Positions 29,444 through 39,303 of a stretch of 64,000 nt of DNA are shown in pieces. Below the pieces are notes generated by a model. The model searched no databases. It saw nothing but the letters and a program-made list of their open reading frames with translations, and had not been told where the DNA came from. Source of the DNA: a virus; IMG/VR virus record IMGVR_UViG_3300032285_004008; one strand, 5' to 3'. Each line of letters opens with the position of its first letter. The stretch's first letter is position 1. A program made the translations under genes and the position numbers.

Positions 29444-29842
29444 TTATTCTTCTTCTTGCGCCTTACTGAAAGTGAACAATGCGCCCAACTCGTCATGGCT
29501 TGAACGAACGCAAGTCAAGTCTTTGCCTTCAAGTTTGTAGCGTAGAGTAAAGTCGCCATTCAAGGTTAGGCAGTCAATAGCCTCGCTTGCTCGAATGTTT
29601 GTCCAGCCAGCAACCTTATTCCAATTCATGTTTCCACTGAACACATAGACAACCGTGTCCTCATCCCAACCATTAGCCTCAAGCCAAGGTTGAAGAATAG
29701 TGTATTTGAAGTTGTCCTTCTCATCTTCCCAGCAACCGAAACATTCGTTGCTAGGCGATGAAGTGTCGTCATCTTCGTTGTAGTCTTCGCAGATACAGTC
29801 TGAAGTAATCTCAAACTTTACTGCCTCAGTTGTTATAGTCAT
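29444..29842 (-). CDS. Acidic hypothetical protein
   Basis: CxC...CxxC, SHDE; AAGGGG SD. Confidence 0.65.
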   Translation of the reverse strand: MTITTEAVKFEITSDCICEDYNEDDDTSSPSNECFGCWEDEKDNFKYTILQPWLEANGWDEDTVVYVFSGNMNWNKVAGWTNIRASEAIDCLTLNGDFTLRYKLEGKDLTCVRSSHDELGALFTFSKAQEEE

Positions 29843-30047
29843 TTGTTTCCCCTTTTCAGTGGCTTGTCTTTTCCACTAACTAAAGTTTATCGGCAGCCTC
29901 CGACATTTTCAACTTCCAACGAACAAACTCATCAAAAGTGTCGCCAGCCGCGAGAAAAAATAAATACACGCTGCGACGCATGCTTCGAGTCAAAAAAGAA
30001 AAACCCCGCACAAGGCGGGGCTTCTTTTTATTTATGTTTAGCCGTGT

Positions 30048-30344
30048 TTACTCTTCGTCTGCCCAAAACTCTTCTTCGTCAATAATCCAAGACTCCAAGT
30101 GATGACCTTCGACGATAGCCCAAGCAGGCGCTGAACTCTCTCCACGCCAAGTCGAGTTGTCTGGAAGTTTGAAGTGAGCATTTATGTCTCCCCCTTCGTT
30201 GAGGTGGCTGATAACATCTCTACAAATTGGCACCATTGTCTTTGGCACTGGCGGGAAGTGATTTCCCCTTAGGTGCCATTCAAGTTGCTCCTCTAATGAA
30301 AGCCCAGCCGTGTTGGCCATCTCCACTGCCTGCATTCTTCCCAT
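30048..30344 (-). CDS. Hypothetical protein
   Basis: LEWHLRGNHFPPVP...HHLESW; AAAGGGA SD. Confidence 0.6.
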   Translation of the reverse strand: MGRMQAVEMANTAGLSLEEQLEWHLRGNHFPPVPKTMVPICRDVISHLNEGGDINAHFKLPDNSTWRGESSAPAWAIVEGHHLESWIIDEEEFWADEE

Positions 30345-30512
30345 TCTGTCCCTTTCGTCTTTTGTAGTTAGTTCAACTACTAAGTTCACGATACCAGGTG
30401 CTTGCAAGTATTTTATTCCGCGAGCGCGAAGAGTCGTCAAACCCAGAGAAAAAATAAATACACTTGACGCTAAAAGAAAAACCCCGCGAGCGCGGGGCTA
30501 ATCTTTGTGTCT

Positions 30513-30794
30513 TTATGCGTGGCAGTCGCAGGTGCAGTCCTCCAACACCAACGCACGCTTACGCTCTTTGAGGTTAGTGCGCTCTACTATGAGGGCTAAC
30601 CACTCCGTGTTTAGTTCACGCATCTTGCGTGCCCAGTCTGTTAGGGGGTCTACTGAAATACCTAGCACAACGCTAGTCCCTTGCGCCTTAGCAAGTTCCA
30701 ACCCAGACTGCGACTGCTCTTGTCTAATCTCTGCTAGACGCTCGCCAATCTCTGCTAGACGCTCTTTGATTTCCTTGATTTGAGTAATGTCCAT
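30513..30794 (-). CDS. Coiled-coil protein with C-terminal CTCDCH
   Basis: Promoter TTGACT-N17-TAGACT at 30861-30833. Confidence 0.6.
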   Translation of the reverse strand: MDITQIKEIKERLAEIGERLAEIRQEQSQSGLELAKAQGTSVVLGISVDPLTDWARKMRELNTEWLALIVERTNLKERKRALVLEDCTCDCHA

Positions 30795-31034
30795 TACTGC
30801 CTTTCCGAGCCAAACCTTTTGACTACATTTGTAGTCTACCATACTCCACCTACAAAGTCAAATCTAAAAACCTACGCCGTGTTAGTTTGTAGAAAAAATA
30901 AATACACTTTGCGAGAAAAAAATAAAATCCAGATAAAACGAAACGACAGTCATTGGGGGAATGACTGTCGTTCGTTTGAGATAAGGGTTAGGGGGTAATC
31001 CTTATCTCTTTTAGTTAGGAGTAATCTCGACTAA

Positions 31035-31370
31035 CTAAACCTTTACTTTACAAAAATCTCGACATTCTACGCCTTGATAAGTGTAAGAGCCCGTGTCTGC
31101 GTTTACAACCACAGTTGGATTATCCATCCAAATTTCATCCTGCGCCCCAAAAGTGTCAATGCCGAAACTTAGTTCGCCATCATAGTTTCCAAGTTTCGCA
31201 AACTCGTAAAAAATCTGCGCAGTTAGATAACTTGAATCACCAATGCGACCAGTTCGAGCCAGCACATTACGCACAGCCTCTAAGTTCTGCTCGCCTGACC
31301 AATGTCCATAAAAAGCAATTGGACTTGTAAAAGCCTTAGCCTCTACAACAATCAAACTTCTGTCTCCCAA
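31035..31370 (-). CDS. Hypothetical protein
   Basis: TTG start with AAGGGG SD; GDRS...YGHWSG motif. Confidence 0.6.
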   Translation of the reverse strand: MGDRSLIVVEAKAFTSPIAFYGHWSGEQNLEAVRNVLARTGRIGDSSYLTAQIFYEFAKLGNYDGELSFGIDTFGAQDEIWMDNPTVVVNADTGSYTYQGVECRDFCKVKV

Positions 31371-31565
31371 TTTTGTTGCCCCTTTTCTGTAAGCCACTTG
31401 CCTACATAAATAATTTACTACATACCCGCGACAAATACAAATCAAAACCCCGTGTTCGTTTGAAGTGTCTCTACACTGCGAGAAAAAATAAATACACATA
31501 CACACAAAAAAATGGCAAAAGAAAACGGGCTACCATTTCGATAGCCCGTGCTCTTTCGTTTGAAG

Positions 31566-31700
31566 TTAGCCACCACGCAACGCAGTCGCAAACCAGTCGT
31601 AAAACTCATTCTCACATTTCTCACAAATAGGGTGAACCTGCGTAATGTCCTCGACTTCAATCTCTGCGTCGCACTGATAGCATTCGGTCTTTACAGCCAT
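31566..31700 (-). CDS. Small Zn-finger protein
   Basis: 44 aa MAVKTECYQC...HPICEKC, below the ORF cutoff. Confidence 0.5.
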   Translation of the reverse strand: MAVKTECYQCDAEIEVEDITQVHPICEKCENEFYDWFATALRGG

Positions 31701-31703
31701 TTC

Positions 31704-31910
31704 CTATTCCTTTGACAGAGGGACATTGTTTAGAATCTCTAAGGCTTGGTAATACAAATCCATTTCCTCATCAAACTCTTCCCATTCGGAAGTTTCCGTG
31801 TTCCACACTTGTTCTTCCTTGCCGAACCTTGCCGAGTAAGTGTCGTCATCTATGAACGGCACGCCCTCCTCTAAATCAACTGTCACTACAAAGTGAACTT
31901 GCTTTGCCAT
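31704..31910 (-). CDS. Small acidic protein
   Basis: MAKQVHFVV... with AAAGGA SD. Confidence 0.6.
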   Translation of the reverse strand: MAKQVHFVVTVDLEEGVPFIDDDTYSARFGKEEQVWNTETSEWEEFDEEMDLYYQALEILNNVPLSKE

Positions 31911-32066
31911 TGCGTTAGTCCTTTCCTTGACTATCTCCATCTTATTCCGCGAGCGCGACATTACGCCAACCATTTCTATTCGAGTTGAAGTTGATAGAAA
32001 AAATAAATACATCTGCGAGTCAAAAAAAAACGCTGACGATTTCTCGCCAGCGTTCGTTTGAAGTTC

Positions 32067-32375
32067 TTACAAAACTGATTCAGAATAATTTTCGATTCGA
32101 TTCAGCAAATCGTGTGCCGTGTCTGGAATCTGTATGCCACCCATAATGAGAGACGCACAATAAATAATCTCGGAGGGTTCTACTCCCATTCCCTCATAAG
32201 CAACTTTGTCTAAAAGTTCCGAACTAAGTTCCTTTGACCCTCGCTCAACTTCGGACAAATACCCAAGTGCGACAGACGCTTGCCCTGAAACCTGTCTTAG
32301 CGTTAGCCCCTGAGCCTGACGCTCATCACGAAGGGCTTGCCCCAACGCCACTCTAAACAAAACTCGTTTACTCAT
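32067..32375 (-). CDS. ClgR-like XRE/HTH transcriptional regulator
   Basis: [37 protein letters not shown] matches the actinobacterial ClgR HTH. Probably leaderless (TATCAT 6 nt upstream of the ATG). Confidence 0.8.
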   Translation of the reverse strand: MSKRVLFRVALGQALRDERQAQGLTLRQVSGQASVALGYLSEVERGSKELSSELLDKVAYEGMGVEPSEIIYCASLIMGGIQIPDTAHDLLNRIENYSESVL

Positions 32376-32538
32376 ACTCAAATGATAGTTGCCGTGTTCA
32401 ACTTTGTAAACAACATTCGTTTGAAGTTTGTTCTTCGCTAGAAAAAATAAATACAAACCCCGTGCGAAAAACCCCGTGCGAAAAAAAAACCGCCAGCGAG
32501 AGGGGGGTCTCGCTGACGGCTTTTCTGGACTTATCTGT

Positions 32539-32910
32539 TTAGATTATGTCCACCCTTAGGGTTGCTTTACCAGCACCCTTTGGAATCGTGTATTCCTGTT
32601 TGAGCAAGACATACAACTCTGGCTGGGTCTTTTCAAGGCGTTCCCAGTCAAACGATTCGCTTGACGGAATAACCTTGACGCTAATCAAACGCTTTCCCTT
32701 AGCGTCCGTGCCAACTAGGTCGGTGAGAGTTTCCCCAACGAAGTCAAGAATCTCGGTGCGTGCCGAATCCCCTAGTGCCTTTGCCTGCTTGGCAAGGTTG
32801 CGTGATTCACGCAAGGCTTTCACCTTTGCCTGAACCTTTGGTGGCAAGACAACAATGTTGTCCTGTGTGGTGCTGGTGATAGTTGCTTTCGCAACCTTTG
32901 TGTTCGCCAT
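32539..32910 (-). CDS. Hypothetical protein, paralog of 26223..26546
   Basis: MANTKVAK...FDWERL...PELY. Confidence 0.65.
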   Translation of the reverse strand: MANTKVAKATITSTTQDNIVVLPPKVQAKVKALRESRNLAKQAKALGDSARTEILDFVGETLTDLVGTDAKGKRLISVKVIPSSESFDWERLEKTQPELYVLLKQEYTIPKGAGKATLRVDII

Positions 32911-33078
32911 TTGATTTCCTTTCGTAGAGTATCACTGGGCTTACAAGTTCCACATTACCTTAGTCTGCCGACATTACGCAAATCCTATCGTGGTCGTGTC
33001 GCCGTGTTCGTAGAAAAAATAAATACAACCCGCCCTGAAAAAAAGACTGGGCTTTCGCCCAGCCTTTCGTTTGAAGTT

Positions 33079-33939
33079 CTACTCCTCCGTGTTGTCCTCA
33101 TACTTCGGGAAAAGGTGTTCCCCTGTGTTCTCGTCTACAACTCGGAAACTATCTGCGTCCTCTGGTTCGAGGTTGTCTAGTCCGTCTTGGGCAAGTTCCC
33201 ACGCTTGCTCTGCGTTCTGGGCTTTGACCACATAACGGCGTTCGACTACAACTACGAAGTCCCTGTCCTCACGAGGGCAGTCCTCATAGAGGTCGTCTTC
33301 ATCACCGCTTTCGCACGCCCAGCAATCACGCCCTAGTTCCACATAGTCTGCGTGGCTATCGGGTATGTCCCACTCTTTCGTCATAATCAGCGACTTAGTT
33401 GGCTTGCCGTCTTCATCTACATCATCTGCGTCTGACGAAGTAAACTCCGCGCCCCAGCCCTGCTCTTCCTCCGAATAGAAGTCGAATGAAAGTTCTGGGT
33501 GCTGTCTGACTATTGCGTGGAATACTGGCTCTGGTATTGACCAAGCCGTTTGGAATGCGTAGTTCAGAAAAGGTGCTTTGTCGTCCGTGTTGTCCGTGAA
33601 GTCCACATCACTTGCGTCCCACTTAGTTCCCCACTCACGAACATTCCAGTCATACCAGCCGTTAGAAGAAAACTTCATTGAGTAAGCCATCTTATCTTCG
33701 ACAGACCAGTCGTTGTATCCGTCTGGCTTGTAGTCGCTTGCCCCGAAGTAGAGAGCCTTGTCCTCTGGCTCAATGAAGTTCCAAAATGAGAGTTCGCTCT
33801 TGTCGCCCTCCGTGTAAGTGAGCGAGCCGTCCTCCGTGTTCAGTCCGTCTGGTCGAGTTTTGCTCGCCTTATCACGGAACGCAATCAAGTCCTCTTTCGA
33901 GCCATTGACATTCATTGTGTTGTAGACCCAGTTTGGCAT
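33079..33939 (-). CDS. DUF1281/YubB (Api92)-like ferredoxin-fold protein
   Basis: MPNW..N, WYDWN...WGTKWD, F.TAW motifs. Confidence 0.75.
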   Translation of the reverse strand: MPNWVYNTMNVNGSKEDLIAFRDKASKTRPDGLNTEDGSLTYTEGDKSELSFWNFIEPEDKALYFGASDYKPDGYNDWSVEDKMAYSMKFSSNGWYDWNVREWGTKWDASDVDFTDNTDDKAPFLNYAFQTAWSIPEPVFHAIVRQHPELSFDFYSEEEQGWGAEFTSSDADDVDEDGKPTKSLIMTKEWDIPDSHADYVELGRDCWACESGDEDDLYEDCPREDRDFVVVVERRYVVKAQNAEQAWELAQDGLDNLEPEDADSFRVVDENTGEHLFPKYEDNTEE

Positions 33940-33941
33940 TT

Positions 33942-34238
33942 CTACCACTCCCCTTTCTTGATGTCCATTTTGTGCTTTTCAATCATCTCGTTCACAGTTT
34001 CACCTGCGAACAACTTGACTACGCCGAGCCGTGTTTCCAACTCCTCTATGCCCAACTTGCGAGCAAGGATTTCCGCTAGTGCCACAGCACGATACATAGT
34101 TGGGTCGCAGTATCCCTCTTGGCAATACTCCTCGACCATTACACCCAAAGTTGCTAGTGCGATACCAGCAATGTCCTCTGGCTCTAGGTCAGCGTGGTTC
34201 AACTCGTCCATTCGCTCACCTGAACACTTTACGCACAT
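33942..34238 (-). CDS. Hypothetical protein
   Basis: AAGGGG SD; promoter TTGTAT-N17-TAAAGT. Confidence 0.6.
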   Translation of the reverse strand: MCVKCSGERMDELNHADLEPEDIAGIALATLGVMVEEYCQEGYCDPTMYRAVALAEILARKLGIEELETRLGVVKLFAGETVNEMIEKHKMDIKKGEW

Positions 34239-34542
34239 CTCAATCCCCTTTCATTTGGATTAGTTCCACTTTACCCTAGTCCTACGACAAATACAAATAC
34301 CTCGTTGGAAGTGTCGTGGCGTTTCGTAGAAAAAATAAATACACACACTCGAAAAAAAAAACGCAACGCAACTTTTCATGAGTTCGTTTGAAGTTCACCA
34401 GACTCGGCAACAACTGGTGCGCACTTACACATGGCAAAGAAAACCCCCGACAATCCGTTAGGACTATCGGGGGTTCTCTGTTATCACTAACGGAGTGATG
34501 AAAGGACGAACAAACGCACTCCGTTAGCAAACTTGCTGGCGA

Positions 34543-36303
34543 CTAAACGCTTGCTTTCAAAAGTGCGTCCGTTGCGCTCTTACCAATCGCAGACGCAATC
34601 TCGCTGGTCGCTAGATTTCCTAGCACCACGCCGTTTCCCTTGACCAGTCTCTCGCCCATTCCTTGACCGCACTCTTTCGGTGTAATCCAAAGCAGAGCCA
34701 CGCCGTTCTCTTTACAGAGGCGAGCCGTCTCAATCGCACGCTCGGTCTCTGTGCCTGTGTAATGTCCGTCCGATACAACAACCAACATACGCACGCCAGT
34801 TCCAGTTAGCAGACCAAGTGCGCCGTCCAATGCTCGGAACGCCTTGCCAAAAACTTCCGTTCCGTCTGGTGCGGAGTAGACCGAAACCTTATCCAACTTC
34901 TGACCAACCTTGAGAGTTGGGAACACATCTTGTCCGTAGTAGACCATAGCGGTCTTGGCTTGAATACGGCGACCTGCCTCTGACAAAACCCAAGCCGTAG
35001 TCGCCATGCTTTTCATGGCAGACGACATAGAACCGCTAATGTCCACCATTACGCCAATGGTCAAAGTCGGGTCGTCTGTGTGCTTGCGTGTCTTGTGTCG
35101 CCACGCAGGGTTCAAGTCTCGCACGCCCTTTGCCTCTAGTGCCTTGTTCTGAACAAGCACTCGTGATTTCAGTCTGCCCTTTGGTTCGACAGACTTCACG
35201 ATAGTTTCCGAACGCTCACGATACTTTGCCTTTTCCAACATCTGCGCAAGTTTGACTGCGCTGGCTCGTTCGTGTCCAGTTGGGTCTCGTTGCTCTTGAA
35301 GTCGTGAGTGAGACGAAGTTCCCTCGCTACCACTTGACTTGCTAAAGACTTCCTGTGCGTCTCGCTTGCTCTCGCTTTGTCGCTTGCTCTCGCTCTGACG
35401 CTTTGAGACTTCCTCTTTCCATTCCTCTTGGGTCTGCTGGTCGCCCAAGTCTTTCGCAACGGAAGTTCCAGTCTCACCTGCGTCCTCGCTCAAAGCGTCA
35501 AGCAAGTCCTGAATGATTTGAGGAACGCCAGAACCACCCTCACCCTGTTCGCCCTCTGGGTCTGCCTCTTTCAAAAGGTCATTCCACTTTTGAGCAAGTT
35601 CGATACCACGAGCAACTTGGCTCGTGTGAAGTTGCTGAAACTCCACCCAAACTTTGCGAAGTTCATTGAACAAGTCTAACCCAATGACCTCAAGAACTTT
35701 GTCGAAAGTTGCTTGAACATCTGCCAACTTCAAAACACCTGCGTCCACTCGTGCGAGTGCCAACGCTGATACATGAGCGCACGCACGAACCTCTGTCAAG
35801 TTGTCAAGTGCCTCGTCTGTCAAGTCCTCTAGTGCCAAGTTCAAAGCAGACGCACGCAAGAACAACTGGTTCTCTGGCATTAGAACAACGCCCTTGCGTT
35901 CGATACGACTTTCGTCTAGCAACTGAAAAGTCCTGAAAGTTTTTTCGTCCATGCTTTCAAGCGCAGACATTTCCCAAACTGAAAAACGAGCGTGAAGTGC
36001 CTCGTGATAAATAACCCCTGTTGCCTCTGCGAAGTCATACTGGACTTCTCGCTCTGAAAAGTCGCCAACCATTTCTGGAGTGGTCGCAAGACCAAACGCC
36101 CCACCAATGTTGATTTCGATTTCAGCAGTCGTGTTGATAAAGCAAGCAATAGCCATGCCCATACCTGCGTCCTCGCCTGCGTAAACTGCCAAGTCATTTC
36201 GACCTGACCAAGTGTTTACAACCTGCCCAATCTGTGCGCAAGTTTTCAGCCACTCGTTAGGCGTGGTGCTGGTGCGTGTTGCTACTCGTGATAAGTGAGA
36301 CAT
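34543..36303 (-). CDS. VWA-domain protein with HExxH (MoxR partner)
   Basis: HEALH; MIDAS DISGSM, GT, VSDG. ATG at 36303 with SD. Confidence 0.85.
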   Translation of the reverse strand: MSHLSRVATRTSTTPNEWLKTCAQIGQVVNTWSGRNDLAVYAGEDAGMGMAIACFINTTAEIEINIGGAFGLATTPEMVGDFSEREVQYDFAEATGVIYHEALHARFSVWEMSALESMDEKTFRTFQLLDESRIERKGVVLMPENQLFLRASALNLALEDLTDEALDNLTEVRACAHVSALALARVDAGVLKLADVQATFDKVLEVIGLDLFNELRKVWVEFQQLHTSQVARGIELAQKWNDLLKEADPEGEQGEGGSGVPQIIQDLLDALSEDAGETGTSVAKDLGDQQTQEEWKEEVSKRQSESKRQSESKRDAQEVFSKSSGSEGTSSHSRLQEQRDPTGHERASAVKLAQMLEKAKYRERSETIVKSVEPKGRLKSRVLVQNKALEAKGVRDLNPAWRHKTRKHTDDPTLTIGVMVDISGSMSSAMKSMATTAWVLSEAGRRIQAKTAMVYYGQDVFPTLKVGQKLDKVSVYSAPDGTEVFGKAFRALDGALGLLTGTGVRMLVVVSDGHYTGTETERAIETARLCKENGVALLWITPKECGQGMGERLVKGNGVVLGNLATSEIASAIGKSATDALLKASV

Positions 36304-36424
36304 TTGATTTCGTCCTTTCGTTGTCTCTTGATTTGTTGCTAGTTCCAACCTTACCAGATTTGGCAGGGAACGCAAGTTCATTTACAAACTGCGTTCCCCA
36401 CCTTTTCTAGTAGGAACGGAACTA

Positions 36425-37453
36425 CTAGATTTTGGCTGGCAGAACTGCCTCGCCAAAAACTCGTGTGAACACATCTGCGACAACAGACCTGTCAATCTCT
36501 GGTGCGCTGGCAAGCAAGTTGGCAACTGCCCACTTAGAACCAAACAACTCGCTTAGGTCTCGGAACGCAAGCAACTCTCGCATTTGAGGCGACCATGAAG
36601 TTTCGCCATTCGCCTGTTTCTTTGCCAAGTTCTGTGAGGCTGAAACTGCTGTCGCAGGAACGCCCAACTTCTTTGCCAATGCCCAGTCAGTAGTCATTTC
36701 GACCTGAACGCTGAAACGAGAGAGCAACGCCTCTGAAAGTCGAACTCCGGGTGCGTTAGGGTTGGTCGCACCAATCACGAAAAATCCCTCTTGAGCCTTG
36801 ATAGTTCCTCGCTCTGGGTTCTGGGTAATCGTGATTTCCTTGCGTCCGTCCATAAGACCATAGACCGCAGACAAGACCTTTGGGTCAATCAGACCAATCT
36901 CGTCAATGAGCAAAACTTTTCCTTGCTCGGCAGACTTGACCAATGCGCCGTCCACCCATTCAAAACCGCCACTTGGAGTTTGAACATAGCCACCAATGAA
37001 GTCAGCAAGTTCGGTGTCGCCAGAACCAAGAATGGTGTAAAGTTCGTCAGGGAACGCACCCTCAACGAGTGCTGTCTTTCCAGTTCCAGGTGCGCCATAG
37101 AGCAAGACATACTGACCTGCGCCTCGTGCTTTGCGCAAGACTTCAATGTCTGTGTGTTCTCCCCATGAGCGAGAGTAGTAATCCTGACCATTAGGTCGTG
37201 CGTATTTCTCAACGCCCTCTAATGCCTCAACATTTACCACTTTGTTCGCCTTTACTTTTGGAGTGCCAGTTCCAACTTTAGCACGCACATTCGCACGAGC
37301 AGTCGTTGGCATTAGCGCACTTAGTTCTGCTGGAACTTTGGTTGCGTCCATGTCTTGAATGGCAACACCATAGACAAGTTTCGATAGGTCTTGGTAAAGG
37401 TCGTCCACATTTAGTTCGACCTCTGGAACTGCTGGAGTAATGAGAGTAGTCAT
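36425..37453 (-). CDS. MoxR/CbbQ/CobS-like AAA+ ATPase
   Basis: GAPGTGKT, LLIDE, ATNP, LSEALLSRF. Confidence 0.9.
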   Translation of the reverse strand: MTTLITPAVPEVELNVDDLYQDLSKLVYGVAIQDMDATKVPAELSALMPTTARANVRAKVGTGTPKVKANKVVNVEALEGVEKYARPNGQDYYSRSWGEHTDIEVLRKARGAGQYVLLYGAPGTGKTALVEGAFPDELYTILGSGDTELADFIGGYVQTPSGGFEWVDGALVKSAEQGKVLLIDEIGLIDPKVLSAVYGLMDGRKEITITQNPERGTIKAQEGFFVIGATNPNAPGVRLSEALLSRFSVQVEMTTDWALAKKLGVPATAVSASQNLAKKQANGETSWSPQMRELLAFRDLSELFGSKWAVANLLASAPEIDRSVVADVFTRVFGEAVLPAKI

Positions 37454-37477
37454 TTTATTTTCCGTCCTTTTCTATGA

Positions 37478-37996
37478 CTATGCTTTTGAGTTGTATGGCT
37501 TTTCAGGAAAGCCAAGTGCTAGGCGAGTTTTCTGAATACGGCGAAGTGCTGACGCTGGTGCTTTCCAATCGCCGATTTCGGTGAAGTCCATGTCTGTAAG
37601 TTCAAACACGATAGGCTTTGCGCCACGCAAGTTAGTCAGACCATACTTCATCTGACGCTTGAGAACACGCTCTACCTGCTCTGACATAGCAGACGCTTTT
37701 GCCTCTGCTGTGGTCAGTTCCTTATCAGGTCGAATGAAACTGATACGCCATTGCTTGCGTGGAGACCAATCGCTAATAGTGCGAGTGCTAATAGCCATTG
37801 CGACATCTTGACCCTTTTCGTTCTTTCCCTCTGGGGTAATCAAGATTTGAGTTGCTTGGTCGCCATTGGCATTTGGGAGTTCAAGGTAGATACCCATTCC
37901 CATTACCTTTGGCTTGTTGCTAACTTCACCAAGCGCAACTGCGCTGGCTAGTTCTGGGGTTAGTTCCCCGAATGTTCCCATTAGGTCTGGGTTCAT
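37478..37996 (-). CDS. Hypothetical protein
   Basis: AAAGGA SD; first gene of the AAA/VWA operon. Confidence 0.6.
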   Translation of the reverse strand: MNPDLMGTFGELTPELASAVALGEVSNKPKVMGMGIYLELPNANGDQATQILITPEGKNEKGQDVAMAISTRTISDWSPRKQWRISFIRPDKELTTAEAKASAMSEQVERVLKRQMKYGLTNLRGAKPIVFELTDMDFTEIGDWKAPASALRRIQKTRLALGFPEKPYNSKA

Positions 37997-38103
37997 TTTT
38001 TTCCGTCCTTTACTTTAGGTTTGTTGGATTTTTCCAACAAGTCAAACTTAGCAGGGTTCGTTGGAAGTTGTCAAGTTCTGCTGTATTTATTTTTCTGGCG
38101 TGT

Positions 38104-38640
38104 CTAGAAGTGAAAATCAACTGGGATTAGGAACTGCTTTTCAGGACTAGAGGCAACTCGCTTTGTGAAGTTGTCTAGTGAACCTGTCCAATAGTCCAAG
38201 TCGTAGATACCACTATCAGGTGTCCAGTCGTCATTCAGAAGTTGTGCCAACTTCTTAGTTCCCCACAACTCCATGTCTAGTTTGTTGTTGTATGGGTCGT
38301 AAGAATAACTAGATAGGTCTAGTGCCTGTGGCTGGAGAAGTCTGATTTCCTCGTAGCGATACTCCAGAAAACGAGTAATCACTTGTTCCGCGAGCGCGGG
38401 GTCGTCTGAATAGCGCAGATAGTTTGGGTTGGTATCTGTGTTGGTCATTACACCCTCCTCGTTGTATGACCCAAAGACTTCACCAGACCAGCGACCAGCA
38501 AAGTTCAAAGTGATAGCCCCTGACTGGTCTGCGTTGTGCCAGTCAGACCATTTTGGCTCGCCCTCTAGTTTGCGTGCTACTTCATCAAAAGCCTGTTCTG
38601 GTGTCTCTGCCTCTACTAGCAGGATTTGGCAAGTGTGCAT
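38104..38640 (-). CDS. Hypothetical protein
   Basis: WSDW...GRWSG...VDFH phage-type motif. Confidence 0.65.
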   Translation of the reverse strand: MHTCQILLVEAETPEQAFDEVARKLEGEPKWSDWHNADQSGAITLNFAGRWSGEVFGSYNEEGVMTNTDTNPNYLRYSDDPALAEQVITRFLEYRYEEIRLLQPQALDLSSYSYDPYNNKLDMELWGTKKLAQLLNDDWTPDSGIYDLDYWTGSLDNFTKRVASSPEKQFLIPVDFHF

Positions 38641-38790
38641 TTTCGTCCTTTCGATTTGCCTAGTTCCAAACTTACAACGAACCTATGACAAAATACAAGT
38701 TGTCAAACGAGCGTGTTTCGTAGAAAAAATAAATACAACTAGGGCAAAGAAAAAAGCCCCTCGTGTTTGAGAGGCTTTCGTTCTTTGTTG

Positions 38791-39303
38791 TTATGCGTAG
38801 AGTTCCTCACGCAAGAGGTAGCAGGTTTTACAGATTGGGAGGCTTAGGCTCTTACTTCCTCGCCAAGTCTTTCTTTCCTCGAACTCGTGGACGCCCTCTG
38901 CGAAGTGTTTCGCTAGTTCAATCGTGTTTGCGTTGTAGCGAAGTTTGTTCCACATTTCCATACTCCATTCAGAAGTATCAAGAACCAGCATTTCCTCTGC
39001 GTTTCCGAAACTAGACCCAGAGAAGTAAGTCTTATTTCTTGGTTGGAGGTTTAGTGGAACTGCGATAAAAGCCCTGCCAGCAATCGTGTTCTCTTTGGCA
39101 TACTTCTTTGCTCGTGCCTCTGCTAGAGGTAGTCGTGAGTGGACACTCCAAATGCTCTCGAACACCCCATCTTTGAGCATTACAACTCCAGCAGTAATGT
39201 CTGACCTATCTGACCATGTGTAGAGCATTGTTCCAGCCCAGTCGGAGACAGGCATACCTACTGGTAGTTCAGGTATGTATTTGAAAGTGTTGTATTCAGC
39301 CAT
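38791..39303 (-). CDS. Hypothetical protein
   Basis: AGGAG SD; TTGACA-type promoter. Confidence 0.6.
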   Translation of the reverse strand: MAEYNTFKYIPELPVGMPVSDWAGTMLYTWSDRSDITAGVVMLKDGVFESIWSVHSRLPLAEARAKKYAKENTIAGRAFIAVPLNLQPRNKTYFSGSSFGNAEEMLVLDTSEWSMEMWNKLRYNANTIELAKHFAEGVHEFEERKTWRGSKSLSLPICKTCYLLREELYA

